Part shown: positions 11,882-23,500 of the stretch, one piece after another | How the letters are laid out: every line of letters starts with the position of its first letter | Numbering within the stretch: position 1 is the stretch's first letter | Source of the DNA: Azolla caroliniana | Taxonomy: Eukaryota > Plantae > Polypodiophyta | NCBI GenBank assembly: GCA_043228905.1 | Contig: JBHGNT010000007.1 | Location: 21,390,001 to 21,454,000, forward strand | Length of the DNA: 64,000 bases | Direction of reading: 5' to 3' | Made by a program: the position numbers and the translations under genes | The notes under the pieces: model-generated | Database searches by the model: none | Seen by the model: only the letters and a program-made list of their open reading frames with translations | Told to the model about the DNA's origin: nothing

Positions 11882-14024
11882 TCTCGGTTCTCGCCACCGA
11901 GGGACTCGCGGTTTCGCTCGTGGTTGGGTCGTACCGTCAGGAACTGGACCGAATGACGCCCGTCCTGGCTCTTGACCCTCGCATAAGCCGACCTGTTGTC
12001 CAACACCTTGGTCTCCATTCGTGCCGCCGTAATGTATGGTTCCCCTAGAATGACCGGGTGCGAGGACGTTTCCTGCACAAAGAAGTGCTGGTCTATTTCG
12101 ACGTCGCCGATCTTGATTCGCACGTTTGGGCAGGCCCTGTGTAGTTCCTCGGTGGCGCGCGTTGCCGCCCGTATCTTCCACCCGTGCTTAGTGTTGATCG
12201 GCCATTTCCCCTTTTTGTAGAAGTCCATGGACATCAGGTTTATTTCTGAACCGTGGTCCACCAGTGCCACCACCGGTTCCTGAACATCTCCGATTTTCAC
12301 CGGGGTTTCCGTGGTCGCTCGGGCCCAGTGTGGCCTCGAATAGTGGCTCTCCGCCCACTTGTCTTCTAGCGCCATGTCCTCTATGTGCGCCGTCCGTACT
12401 TCCACCGGCCTTTCGGGTTCTACCTCCGTCGACAACCTCTTCATCTTCACCAAGTCCACGATGGAGTCGTGGAACTCCTTCTTGGCTATCCCGAGCACCT
12501 CTCGCAACGACAGTTCCACCTTGCTGTCGAGGATTCGTTCTTCCAGGACCTTTCGTAGGTCCGTGGTCCTTTCAATCTCCGTGCCCAACTGGTATCCGCC
12601 CTTCTTGTGGTTATCCAGGGCACTGGACTCACCGGCCTCGTTCCGTTTCGGCCCGAATTGGGTTTCTATCTCTGTGAGGGTCCAACCCCTCCGTTTCTAC
12701 CTACCCGTTTGTCTTCAACTAGAGCTTCGTAGTTCTGGCAAGCTGCTTCTACGAAACCCGTCTTTTCTTCGACCGGTTCACTCCACCCGGTTACCTCCTG
12801 GACCCGCTTCTCCGCGCGGTCTGCCTCGTCTCTCTTCAGTCGGGCACCAGCGAGGCCTTCCAGCACTGTCGGCCAGAACTCGGCTTTGCTCTCCTTCCGG
12901 GCCCCGCTGCCCCCAACCCGAATACCGGCTGACGCTGAGTAGTGGACGGTCTCCGCGTGCCGGGCTGCCGCCTCTTCCATCAGCCTTTTCATTCCTCCTC
13001 TCCCGTCGTTTCGGTTCAGGGCCCTCCGGGTATCGCTGGCGTGCACCCGACCCTCCCACAGGTACACTACCCGGCTTCTCAAAGCCTCCATAAAGTCCCT
13101 GCAGTCTTTCCGGATGTGGCCGACCTCGTCGCACCACATGCACCTACTTCCTGCCGGAGGCCGTCGGTCACGAGCCTAATCGCCGCCTTCCCTCCGAGCC
13201 TGGGTGATCTAGAGATCCTTTACCGCTTGTGTCAACTCCTCCAGAGCTGTTCCCCCGGACGAGCTTCTGATCACGCCGGTCGAAGAAGAACCGGTTTCGA
13301 GCCACTCCCGGGTCCCTTCCCTTCGTGCCTGCGGTATCGGTTCGAGCTTCCTTGCTGCGACAGGTCCTGCCCCGGTCGCCTCTGTATTAGCCCACTCCCA
13401 CCGTTTGTCAAAACGGCCGTAGACTCTCTTTACCACGGCCCAGTCGGTCGTCAGCCCGTCTTCGGTTTCTAGTAAGGAGCCAACTTGCCCCCGATCCCGT
13501 GTGTCAACCGATTTGACAAACAGTAGGACACGACTTGTGTCCAGAACAGTCCGATCGAGCGCTGAAAGGCGCGCAAAGCGTTCCTCAAACTCCCGGAGGA
13601 GTACCGACGCATTTCTTCCTTTGTTGGGGGACTCCACCCATTCCATGAAGCTCCGCTTCGAAAGTCGAAGCGCGTCATCCAGCCCGTACTTCTCCAGGAG
13701 CCGTCCTTCGAACTCTTCCTAGGTCCGGCTCTCCGCCCGGACCTCGAGCACCTCCGCATGGATGCCCGGCATTGCCACTCGAGGGAATCCGGCAAGACGC
13801 CTCTCTTCCGGAATATCCCTCATCAACATCTCCGCCCGGTAGGACGCCAAATAACTCGTGGCATCCTTTCCACTGAACCGAACGATCGTATCGACGATCG
13901 CCTCAATAGCCCTGTCGAGGGCGTCGGTGCCCTCGCGCGCGCTCACTATCCGGTCCACGGCCGAAGCCATGGCCTCTGCAAGATCCGACCCCCTCATCTT
14001 CTGCTCTTCTGCCGCCTGATTCAC
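11872..14024 (-). pseudogene. gag: B gag-protease (stops and one frameshift)
   Basis: RFSGKDATSYL gag motif, CMWCDEVGHIRKDC knuckle, ALVDHGSEINL protease. Confidence 0.9.
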
Positions 14025-14037
14025 GTCGGGTTCACCA
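14018..14037 (-). promoter_or_regulatory. PBS (tRNA-Trp) of B
   Basis: Minus strand TGGTGAACCCGACGTGAATC is complementary to the plant tRNA-Trp 3' end GATTCACGTCGGGTTCACCA, 4 nt from the LTR. Confidence 0.85.
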
Positions 14038-14041
14038 AAGA

Positions 14042-14688
14042 TGTCGCGTTACTATGCGCGTGCGTGGGGAAACGAGGCGGGACCACCGGGGTCTTGAACC
14101 GAAGAGCAGATGATAAAAGGGGAAAGAGAAGGAGAGAGACGCCCGGTCACGTATGGGCAAAGAAACACAGGGGCATGGCCCGTCAACACAGAAACGCGAA
14201 TGGACACAGAGACAGGGAGACACAAGTGTTTTTATATTAACGAATAACAAGAACACAGCAAAACACGCGAGCGGTTACAACCGAACAGGCCAGCGAACAG
14301 ATGCCGATGCCTATTCGTCTGCGCACGGAAAGGGGATAAGATGGAGGTGCTGCCGGAAGCACATGGGCGTTCCTTGAAGCAGCATGAGCCTCCCGAAGCC
14401 TGTAGAGAAGAACAACAGAGAACAGACAGAGGAGAAGCGTTCGGTTCCGGTCCGACAACACTTCGTCCTCCTTAATGCGCGATCCCCTCTCCCTGCGTCT
14501 CCCTCTCCTTTATAGTGTCAAGAAGGGAGCCGTCTCCCTCATTTACTTCCCACCTACCGAATCTAACTACCCAGGATCTCTCTCTGTACCTAATTCTCTA
14601 TTATATACATTAAGAGCGTGCACACGTGAAGGGCCGATTCATGTGTGCTATTCACCGATTGCGCTAGGGGACAGTTTTCTTCACGACA
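14042..14688 (-). repeat. 5' LTR of B
   Basis: Direct repeat of 7654-8301, adjacent to the PBS. Confidence 0.95.
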
Positions 14689-14692
14689 ACGT

Positions 14693-15344
14693 GTCGACGG
14701 ATCGGCAGACTGCCGACATCTTCACAAAGCCTCTTGGTCTGGACAAGTTGCGGCAATTCTCAGGTGCGCTCGGGTTGCGTCACCTCGATGTGCCGAACTT
14801 GAGGGGGAGAACAGTCCCGAACGACCAAGCAAGGCAGCAGGAAAGGAGCGGAGACCGCGACACCGAGTCGGTTGACTCAGTTGTCGAGTTCGACTTCGGA
14901 TCGGCTGAAGAAGCCGAGGGTGAACCCACGGAAAAGTCCGAAAGCGGACAGAAGGGGAGCAGCCGAAGGTTTGAGCCGAAGCCAACCACGCATAGGGGAG
15001 ACGACGCCATCGAGGGCAAGAAGACCGAAGACGAGTTGGAGACAGCCAACTCGGACGAGAGCGAAAACCGATCGGAGGTAGCCGAGTCGGTTCGGATGTT
15101 TGATTCAGACACGCTGAATCAACTGAGGCCCAAGCGGAAGAAAAGGCAGCAGGAGAAGCGTCAACACCGCAACAACAGAAGAGCTGATAAGGGCCACATG
15201 AGCAGACAAGCCGACCGGAAGGGTCGAAGCGCGCAGAGTCAAACAGGTCGAGGAGCGCGAGCGAGGCGTGAAGCCAGGAGGAACCGGAGCTGTGAGCCCG
15301 AGGATCCCGAAGAGCCTCGAGTTGAGCTTGCGGGGGAGTGTTGA
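14693..15344 (+). pseudogene. copia A RNase H C-terminus plus about 180 aa charged extension running into the LTR
   Basis: QTADIFTKPL motif resumes after the TSD; the frame stays open to 15344. Confidence 0.85.
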
Positions 15345-15724
15345 GAGACAAGCTCAACATCGGCCGGATCGGCTGAAGAAGCCGAGGACCGGATCGGTTG
15401 GGACCGATCGGTTAGGCTGAGTGCGTAAACCGGGAGGTCGTTAGGAAAGATATTCCGTGAGGAATATATTTGGGAGTTAGTATAGGAGCTCTTAATGAGC
15501 ATTGAAGTACTGTCAGTACTTCGGTCAGTCCTTTTAGGACTTGTATAAAAGTGCTCACTGAGCACGTCTTATGTAAAGTCTGAGTATTATTGTTGAATAT
15601 AGTTTTTTGTGTTTTCTCTCTCTGTCTCTCCTGCATACACCGTGTAAGCCTAAGCTCTCCATTGAACCTGAGCTTCCTTCCTTTGTTCTGTCTTCATACC
15701 TGCTTTTGCACGCTACTTTTTACA
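15339..15724 (+). repeat. 3' LTR of copia A
   Basis: TGTTG..TTACA, preceded by GGGGGAG; TATAAAA at 15544. Confidence 0.92.
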
Positions 15725-16682
15725 CAGTTTGACAACCTCAGCCGAAGTTGAAGGCTATGCTGACTCCGACTATGCCGGAAATACAGACAATCGGAAGCGG
15801 TGCCTGATGTCTATATTTTCACCTATGGTGGCGGTGCGATATCATGGAGGTCGAAGCTTCAAGAGTGCATGACCCTATCAACTACGTAGTCCAAGTACAT
15901 AGCAACATCAAAGGTAGCGAAGGAAGCGATCTGGCTGCACCGACTGTATGTTGACTTTTCAGCTACAAGCCGAATCAACCGGCCAACGCCGACCATCTAT
16001 TGCGACTCACATAGCACAATACACCTCATCAAAAATCCTGTCTATCACACAAAGACGAAGCATATTGAGGTGCGGTATCATCACATCTGGGAGCTCAAAA
16101 CCGAGAAGAAGCTCAAAGTCTGGAAGATCGACACCGAGGTGAGCATCGTCGATTGCCAGACGAAGCCACTCTCAGATCAACACTTCGGAGAAATAAGGGC
16201 AAAGATGGGACCGCAACAAGTGACCGAGCAGCAGAAAGCTGAACAAGGAACAAAAGGTAAGAGTCGACTGAATCAATCATGATAATGAGCTAGGCTAGGC
16301 TCGACACAAACCTCACCTCTATTGACTCCGCTATATGCCGAACGACTTGCAACATAAATTTAGATTAGTTTTGTAATCTAGGTTTACAGGGGAGATAACC
16401 CCAAACACATGTACATGTAGGAAAGATTAGTCCTTTTACTGGGGAGTTTGTTGGCATAAAAGGCCGACTCCTTCCACTTTGTATCCTATGTGTGAACTCG
16501 TCTATATAGTTAGGGCTTAGTATATAAGTGATAACCTAACGTTGTGAGACAATCTTGATCATTCTTGTAATGTGTCTCTGAGAGAGAGAGAACAGAAATA
16601 AAGAGAGCTTCCATCAAAGCTTCATTTGTGTGTCTATATCTTCTTGCCCTCCTTCTATGTTGTTTGCTGAGCATAACTAACA
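15725..16682 (+). mobile_element. Degenerate copia 'C' 3' end: RNase H remnant, PPT and LTR 16449-16682; probable host of copia A
   Basis: GYADSDYAG, SWRSKLQ and TKHIEVRYH remnants; GGGGAGTT then TGTTGG..CTAACA. Confidence 0.8.
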
Positions 16683-19085
16683 GGTTCTCACATATGTTTC
16701 TGCCCATATCTGTCCTTCAAGACGATCTTCGTTATCCTCTTAGGCTCGTACTTGGTTTGGACGGTATCTGGTTCTCTCTTGTACTCCCCCTCAAGCTTGG
16801 CAAGTCAGGGATCATCAGTCCAAGTTCTGACATGAATTGGTGAAGATGTCAGTCGTTTGTAGATTCCTGTTGATATGTTGAAGGTCGGCATCTCCAGCTT
16901 GAACACGCTCTCGAATGAAGTGATAGTGCAATTCGATATGCTTTGTGTGTGCGTGGAGCGCTGAGTTTTGAGCCAAATAAATACTGCTCATCTCAACACG
17001 ACCCCTCAGGCTCAACTCGGGTTGGTTCCTTTCGGTTGATGTCCGCTTTGGCTGATATCCGGTTCAAACGATCGCCGGTGTCCGCTTTGTCTCGTACCCG
17101 GTTTGGACTGTATCTGGTTCTCTCTTGTACTCCCCCTCAAGCTTGGCAAGTCAGGGATCATCAATCCAAGGTCTGACATGAATTGCCGAATCTTGTCGGC
17201 TACTAGGGTTTTGGTGAAGATGTTGGTCGTGCGTAGATTTGTGTTGATGTGTTGAAAGTTGATATCTCCAGCCTAAACACGCTCTCGAATGAAGTGATAG
17301 TGCACTTCAATATGCTTTGTGCATGCGTGGAGCGCTGAGTTTTGAGCCAAATAAATACTGCTCATGTTGTCGTAGTAAAGGGGAATTAGATCTTTGATGG
17401 GAACGCCTAGATCCTTCAATATCCTCTTGAGCTATACAACTTCACAGGCTGCCACGGCTGCACCCTTGTATTCGGTCTCCGTTCTCGAAAGTGTGACGGT
17501 AGGGTGCTTCTTACTACTCCAAGGTATTGCTCCGCTGCCGAGCAAGAAGACAAATCCGGAGGTCGATCATCGATCGACTCTGTAGTCGGCCCAATTGGCA
17601 TCTATGTACCCTTTGAGTTGAATTGGTGTGGCCCATTCGTAGATAATACCATAGTCCATTGTGCCACTCATGTATCGTAATACTCAATTAACACAATCGA
17701 AATGAATATCTTGCAGAGTTTGCATGAATTGGCTAAGGAGGCCGACCGGATAGCTGAGGTCGGGTTGAGTGATCGTGAGATATAGATGAGACTCCCGATC
17801 AGTTGTCGATACTGAGTCGGTTCGCACTCGTCTGTGCCATAGTCGGCATCCAGTTTGAGGTTTCGATCGATAGGGGTTGCCACAAATTTGCACTCATTCA
17901 TCCCAAACTTGTATAATAAGTTGAGGATGTAGTGGCGTTGAGAGATCATAATGCCGACCGGAGTCCGAATTACATCAATGCCAAGGAAGTAATGAAGCTC
18001 GTTCATGTCCTTCATCTTGAATTTTTTGGAGAGGAGGGACTTCACCTTGTTGATGTCAACTAAATGCTCACCTCCAATAACCAAATCATCCACGTATAGG
18101 ATGATGACAATCGACTTCTAGAGTCCTTTCGTACGTAGAGGGAGTTGTCGGTTTCGACATTCGAAAGCTGATTTGATGAAGATATTGCGTTATCTTCGAA
18201 TGCCAAGCATGTTGTGCTTGCTTATGCCTGTAGAGAGGCTTCTTGAGTTGGCAAAAAACTTTCAGATGAATGCTCGATTCGAAGTCGGGTGGTTGTACCA
18301 TGTACACCTCCTTTTCTAAGCCTTGAAGAAAGTCCTTCTTGATGTCCATCTGGTGGAGGTACAAGATACCATGTCTCGTTCTTGCATAGTGCCCACATCT
18401 CCTCATTCATTGCTTCGACCCATCGTGGATCCTTGGCTGCTTCCGAAAAACATTCCGGCTCTCGAATTGTCGCCACCTTCATCATAAAGGCATAATGGTA
18501 TACCATATAATCATTGTAGCCAAATAAGCTAACATGATTCTTCTCACGGGTGGAGCAACAAAGTTTTTCGTTTGCCGTGGCAATGGTTTTCTTTACGCCA
18601 GCTGTCCTCATGATAGGTACATCGAAGCCACCAAACTCACTGTCGAGGGAGTGAGTCGATTCGTTGCCGTCGAATTAATTGTCTTCATACTCCGGCATTT
18701 TCAGTTTGCCTTTCTTCATTTTTGGACTAGACAAAGATGTGCTTTGGTCACTCGGGGGCTCTTGTGGCCCACTAAGCCTTATTATAATTGGGCTTTCTTC
18801 GAACATGTGTTCGAGTCGACCTCCATCTTCTATCTCTTGTTCGACGGATTTCGGGTCGACTGGAAATGGTTAAGGAGGATTCGGCTTGGGTTCATACCAT
18901 GATGTCGATTCATCAAAGACTACATTTCGATTCACACGAGCCTTACGAGTTAAGGGGTTCTAAAACTTGTACCCCCTTTGCTCCGGTGAGTATCCTATGA
19001 GGATACATTTCTCCGACTTTGGGTCGAGCTTTTGTCGCTTCTCGTCGGGGATGTGCACGTATGCAATGGAGCCGAATATCTGAAC
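16683..19085 (-). mobile_element. Degenerate copia 'D', 3' half (integrase C-terminus, RT, RNase H)
   Basis: IFGSIAYVHIPDEKRQKLDPK, MVYHYAFMMKVA, DDLVIGG and TKHIE motifs on the minus strand; continues at 36711 across TSD TGAAC. Confidence 0.9.
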
Positions 19086-19818
19086 TAATGGGAAATCGGT
19101 CTCTGTGGATTGGACCCGGTGATGAATGAAGAGGACCCGGTGAGAACCACAAGAGATCCGGAAACTGGAGGAGACCCGATGAGAACCGGAAGAGAGACAT
19201 ATTTGTAAATATGTCTTGAGCAAGCCTATTGAGGCTATATTTGTAAATAGCCCTAAGTTCATATAAGTATAAATATGACTTAAGGTAATCACTTTATGTG
19301 TGTGTTGTTATATATTCTTGTACAAAGTGAGAGCAACTTAGAGAGAGTGTGAGATACAGAGAAATACTCTGTTGTAATTGCCAGTTGGCGAAGAAATAGA
19401 GCTCGAGGCAACCGGCGAAGAAATAGAGCTCGAGGTCGTTGCCTCCAAGTCTTTAATTGTACCCTCTTTTCTTCATAGTGATAGTTGGAGTCTGTGGGCT
19501 CCCGTGGTTTTTCCTATTCAGGGTTTTCAACGTAAACATCCTGTGTACTCTCTTTTGTGTGTACTTCTATTCCCATTCCTGTGTTGCACTCTTATTGAAG
19601 TAATTCAAGACTCGGTCGTGGCCGAGCAGTATTCCGCGTTATTCCTCACAAACTGGTATCAGAGCGAACAACACAGGAAATGGAAGAATCGTTCGGTGGC
19701 ATGTTCAAGCTCACCGGCTCCAACTACTCAGTGTGGAACTCGAAGATGAGGGATATGCTTGTGGTTAAAGATCTTTGGTTGCCGGTTCAGTTCGGGGACA
19801 AGAGACCGGATAAGATTG

Positions 19819-20511
19819 TGTTGGGATTTCGGTCCCTCCGGATGGGATGTCCGGAGATGAATGACGGCAAGCCCGGTTGCGATTACGGAACCGGATGATG
19901 AATAGTACCCGGCCTGAAGCCGGATGACGAAGACCCGGTTACGGAGCCGGATGACGAAGACCCGGTTACGGAGCCGGATGACGAAGACCCGGCTACGGAG
20001 CCGGATGATGAGTGTACCCGGAGAGAGATCCGGATGCGGGGACATATTTGTGAATATGTTTGCCAAGAGCCCTTGAGGCTATATTTGTAAATAGCCCGAA
20101 AGTCATATGTGTATAAATATGACTTAGGGCAAACAGTTTTATGCTGCTGCTCATTTTCTGTTTTCCACTTAGAGGGAGCTAAGTGAAGAGAGAGCAGCCG
20201 TGAGAGAGAGAGAGAGAGAGATAGAGTGCGAGAGAGGAAGAGGTAGACGCCTCTGTGTATTTTCGCCGCCTGTGGCGAGGACAGCGAGCTCAAGGTCGTC
20301 GCCTTGCAGCTCGCCATTGTATACTTCTCTGTACAGTGTTGGTTTGGAGTCTTGTACTCCCGTGGTTTTTCCCATCTAGGGTTTTCCACGTTAATCCCTG
20401 TGTACTCGCGTTTTTGTTTCTCCGTGTGGTTCCTATTTTCTGTTCCATTGATTCGCGCTTACTCGGTTGTGGCCGAGCGGAGAAGGTGAATAGAAGGGTC
20501 TATTCTCTACA
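19819..20511 (+). repeat. 5' LTR of I (693 bp) with 29-bp U3 tandem repeats and (GA)n
   Basis: Direct repeat of 24627-25321; unit GGAGCCGGATGACGAAGACCCGGTTAC-like at about 19914-20020. Confidence 0.97.
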
Positions 20512-20542
20512 AACTGGTATCAGAGCGACGGCAACACAGAAA

Positions 20543-23500
20543 ATGGAAGGCGGCGGTAGTGGGCCTCCGGGCATGATGGTGCTGAATGCGCAGAACTACG
20601 CCGACTGGAAGATCAAGATGGAAGATCTTCTAATTGTTCGGGACCTGTACGAACCGATTGACAGGTCGGAAATACCGAAGGGAGTACTTGAGTCGGAATG
20701 GAAGCTTCTGAACCGGAAAGCCGTAGCGACGATCCGGCAATATGTCGATGTAAGTGTCCTGCAACATGTGGCGAACGATACGAACGCCTATGAGATGTGG
20801 CGGAAGCTGTCCGGACTGTATGAGAGGAAGAATGCGTTGAACCGGACCTCCCTGATGAGGAAGATAGTGAATCTTAAGTACCGGGACGGCGAGAGCATGG
20901 TCGAACACGTAAGCACGTTCATGGGATTCGTGAACCAGCTTGCGGCGATCAAGTTCCCGTTGGAGGATGCAATGCAAGCCATCATTCTGATGTGTACATT
21001 GCCGGAAAGCTGGGAGAACTTGGTGGTGACCCTCAGCACCTCCTGCACCGAAGATAACTTGTCTCTACAAACGGTAAAGACAAGTATTTTGAACGAAGAA
21101 GCGCGTCGGAGAGATAAAGAACCGGCCTCCGACTCGAAGGCGCTGCTTACCGAATCGGAACGGGGAAGACAATGGAACCGGAGTCCGCAAAGACGGGAGA
21201 AGTCGGGGACCCGGTCGCAGTCAAGAGGAAGGCCCACATGCTTCCACTGTGGGAAGCCGGGGCACTTCCGGAAGAATTGTCGGCATTACCGAAAAGACAA
21301 CGGAGCCGACGGCACCGATTCGAAGAAGTCACCGGAGAGAAACGGTGCATACCGGGGAGCCACGGACCGGAGAGGTCCGGATCGGCGAGGGCAGGACCGG
21401 AAAGGAACAATGGCACTCGCGGCAAGTGAAGAAGAGATAATGCTCATTACCGAAGAGAGGGAGCTGAACCTTGCCGGTGAAGAGATGACCTGGGTGGTCG
21501 ATTCCGGAGCGTCGTTCCACCTGACCCCGGAGAAGAAATACTTCTCATCCTACACAGCCGGTGAGCACGGCTGTGTCCGGATGGGAAATGAAGGAACATG
21601 CCGGATTGCCGGCATAGGAGACGTGTGGCTGATGACATCAACCGGATGCAAGATGCTGCTGAAGGATGTTCGACACGTTCCGGAGGTCCGATTGAACCTG
21701 ATTTCGGCCGGGAGGCTAGACGATGAAGGCTACACAGGTAGCATCCGGAACGGCGTAATGAAGTTCAGCAAAGGGAGCCTAATAGTGGCTCGGGCCCGGA
21801 AGATCAACACACTGTACTTGATGAATTCCCGGCTATGTCCGGAGGAGCTGAACGTGGCAGCTGACACTGCCGGTGAGCTGTGGCACAAGAGACTGTGCCA
21901 CATGAGCGAGAAGGGGATGAAGAGGCTTGCAGAAGACAACCTCATTCCAGTGAAGCATGTGCACCTGGAGAAGTGCACCGATTGCCTGGCCGGTAAGCAG
22001 AACCGAGCCTCCTTCCACTCAAGGCCACCGACGAGACGTAGTGCACCATTGGAGTTGGTGCACACTGATGTGTGTCAGGTAGAAACGAAGTCACTTGGCG
22101 GAGCCCAGTACTTCGTGACATTCATTGATGACCACAGCCGGAAGCTGTGGACGGCACCGTTGAAGACAAAGGACCAAGTATTGTCCGTCTTCAAAGAACT
22201 CCACGCGAGAGTGGAAAGAGAATCCGGCAAGGAGCTGAAAGCGATACGAGCGGATAACGGAGGGGAATACCGGGGGCAGTTCCAGGAGTACTGTCGCTCG
22301 AAGGGAATCCGGCTCGAGTTTACTGTGCCGAAGACGCCGGAACTAAACGGGCTGGCCGAGAGGATGAACCGGACCATAATGGAGAGGGTCCGGAGTATGC
22401 TGGCGCATGCGAAATTACCCAAGGGGTTTTGGGCTGAGGCAATGTCGACAGCGACATATGTGATAAACCGATCACCCTCAGTACCTTTGGACGGAGACAC
22501 GCCGCAGAAAGTGTGGACCGGTAAGGAAGTATCCTACCGGCATCTGAAGGTGTTCGGGTGTCTCGCATACGTGCATGTGGCAAAGGACCGGAGAGGAAAG
22601 CTAGATCCAAAGACCCGGCCATGCATATTCCTCGGTTACGGTGACGACGAGTTCGGCTACCGAGTATGGGACCCGGTCGACAAGAAGATATTCAGGAGTC
22701 GAGACATCATCTTCATGGAGGACAAGACACTCGCCGACTTGGAGTCGGAGAAGAAGATGAAGAGCTCCAAGTCCATCGGTGAGGATCAACTCTACGAGGA
22801 GCAGTCCCGACCGGCAAGGGACCGGTTAGCACTCGAGGATCCGGCCGAAGACGGTGAAGAAACAGAACCGGCCGAGGAAGATGAAACTGATACCGGAACC
22901 GGCCCCGATCCCGAAATGGATTCGGATGAAGAGGAAACGGAGGAGCCGGTTACCGAAGCTCCGGAACGGAGATATCCTCTAAGAGAGAGAAGGGCCCCCC
23001 GGAGATTTCCGGAACCAGAGCACGTGCTGCTAACCGACGAGGGGGAGCCGGAGAGCTTTGAAGAAGCGAAGCATGAACCCCATAGCCGCAGGTGGTTAAG
23101 TGCCATGCAGGAGGAGATGGATTCACTGCATGAGAACCACACATATGAACTTGTGGAGTTGCCGAAAGGAAAACGGGCACTCCGTAACAAGTGGGTGTTC
23201 AAGCTGAAACCGGGAGATGCTGGAAACCCCCCGAGATACAAAGCCAGGATCGTGGTGAAGGGGTTTCAGCAGAAGAAGGGCGTCGACTTCGACGAGATAT
23301 TTGCCCCGGTAGTGAAGATGACCTCCATCCGGACGGTGCTGAGCATAGCGGCAAGCATGGACCTCGAGGTAGAACAGATGGACGTGAAGACGGCATTCCT
23401 TCACGGTGACCTCGATGAAGAGATCTACATGCAGCAACCGGAAGGATTCGAGAAGAAAGGGAAGGAGCACCTGGTATGCCGGTTGAAAAAGAGCCTTTAC

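Larger units (their letters stand above)
7654..14688 (-). mobile_element. Full-length but mutated tRNA-Trp-primed Ty3/gypsy element 'B', 4-bp TSD ACGT
   Basis: LTRs 7654-8301 and 14042-14688; ACGT at 7650-7653 and 14689-14692; order gag-PR-RT-RH-IN on the minus strand. Confidence 0.95.
3224..15724 (+). mobile_element. Ty1/copia element 'A'; 5' LTR interrupted by T1, RNase H interrupted by gypsy B
   Basis: 5' LTR remnant 3224-3397 matches 15551-15724. PBS at 3398; domain order gag-PR-IN-RT-RH; PPT at about 15332-15338; 3' LTR 15339-15724. Confidence 0.95.

Noticed and set aside
19914-20020. CRISPR-like appearance of the 29-bp repeats (also the 58-bp repeats at 49085-49300)
   Set aside because: These are head-to-tail repeats without unique spacers, inside eukaryotic LTRs, with no cas genes.
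20255-20542. N-terminal 96 codons of the 1453-aa ORF call
   Set aside because: It starts at a GTG inside the LTR and crosses the PBS. The credible start is the ATG at 20543.
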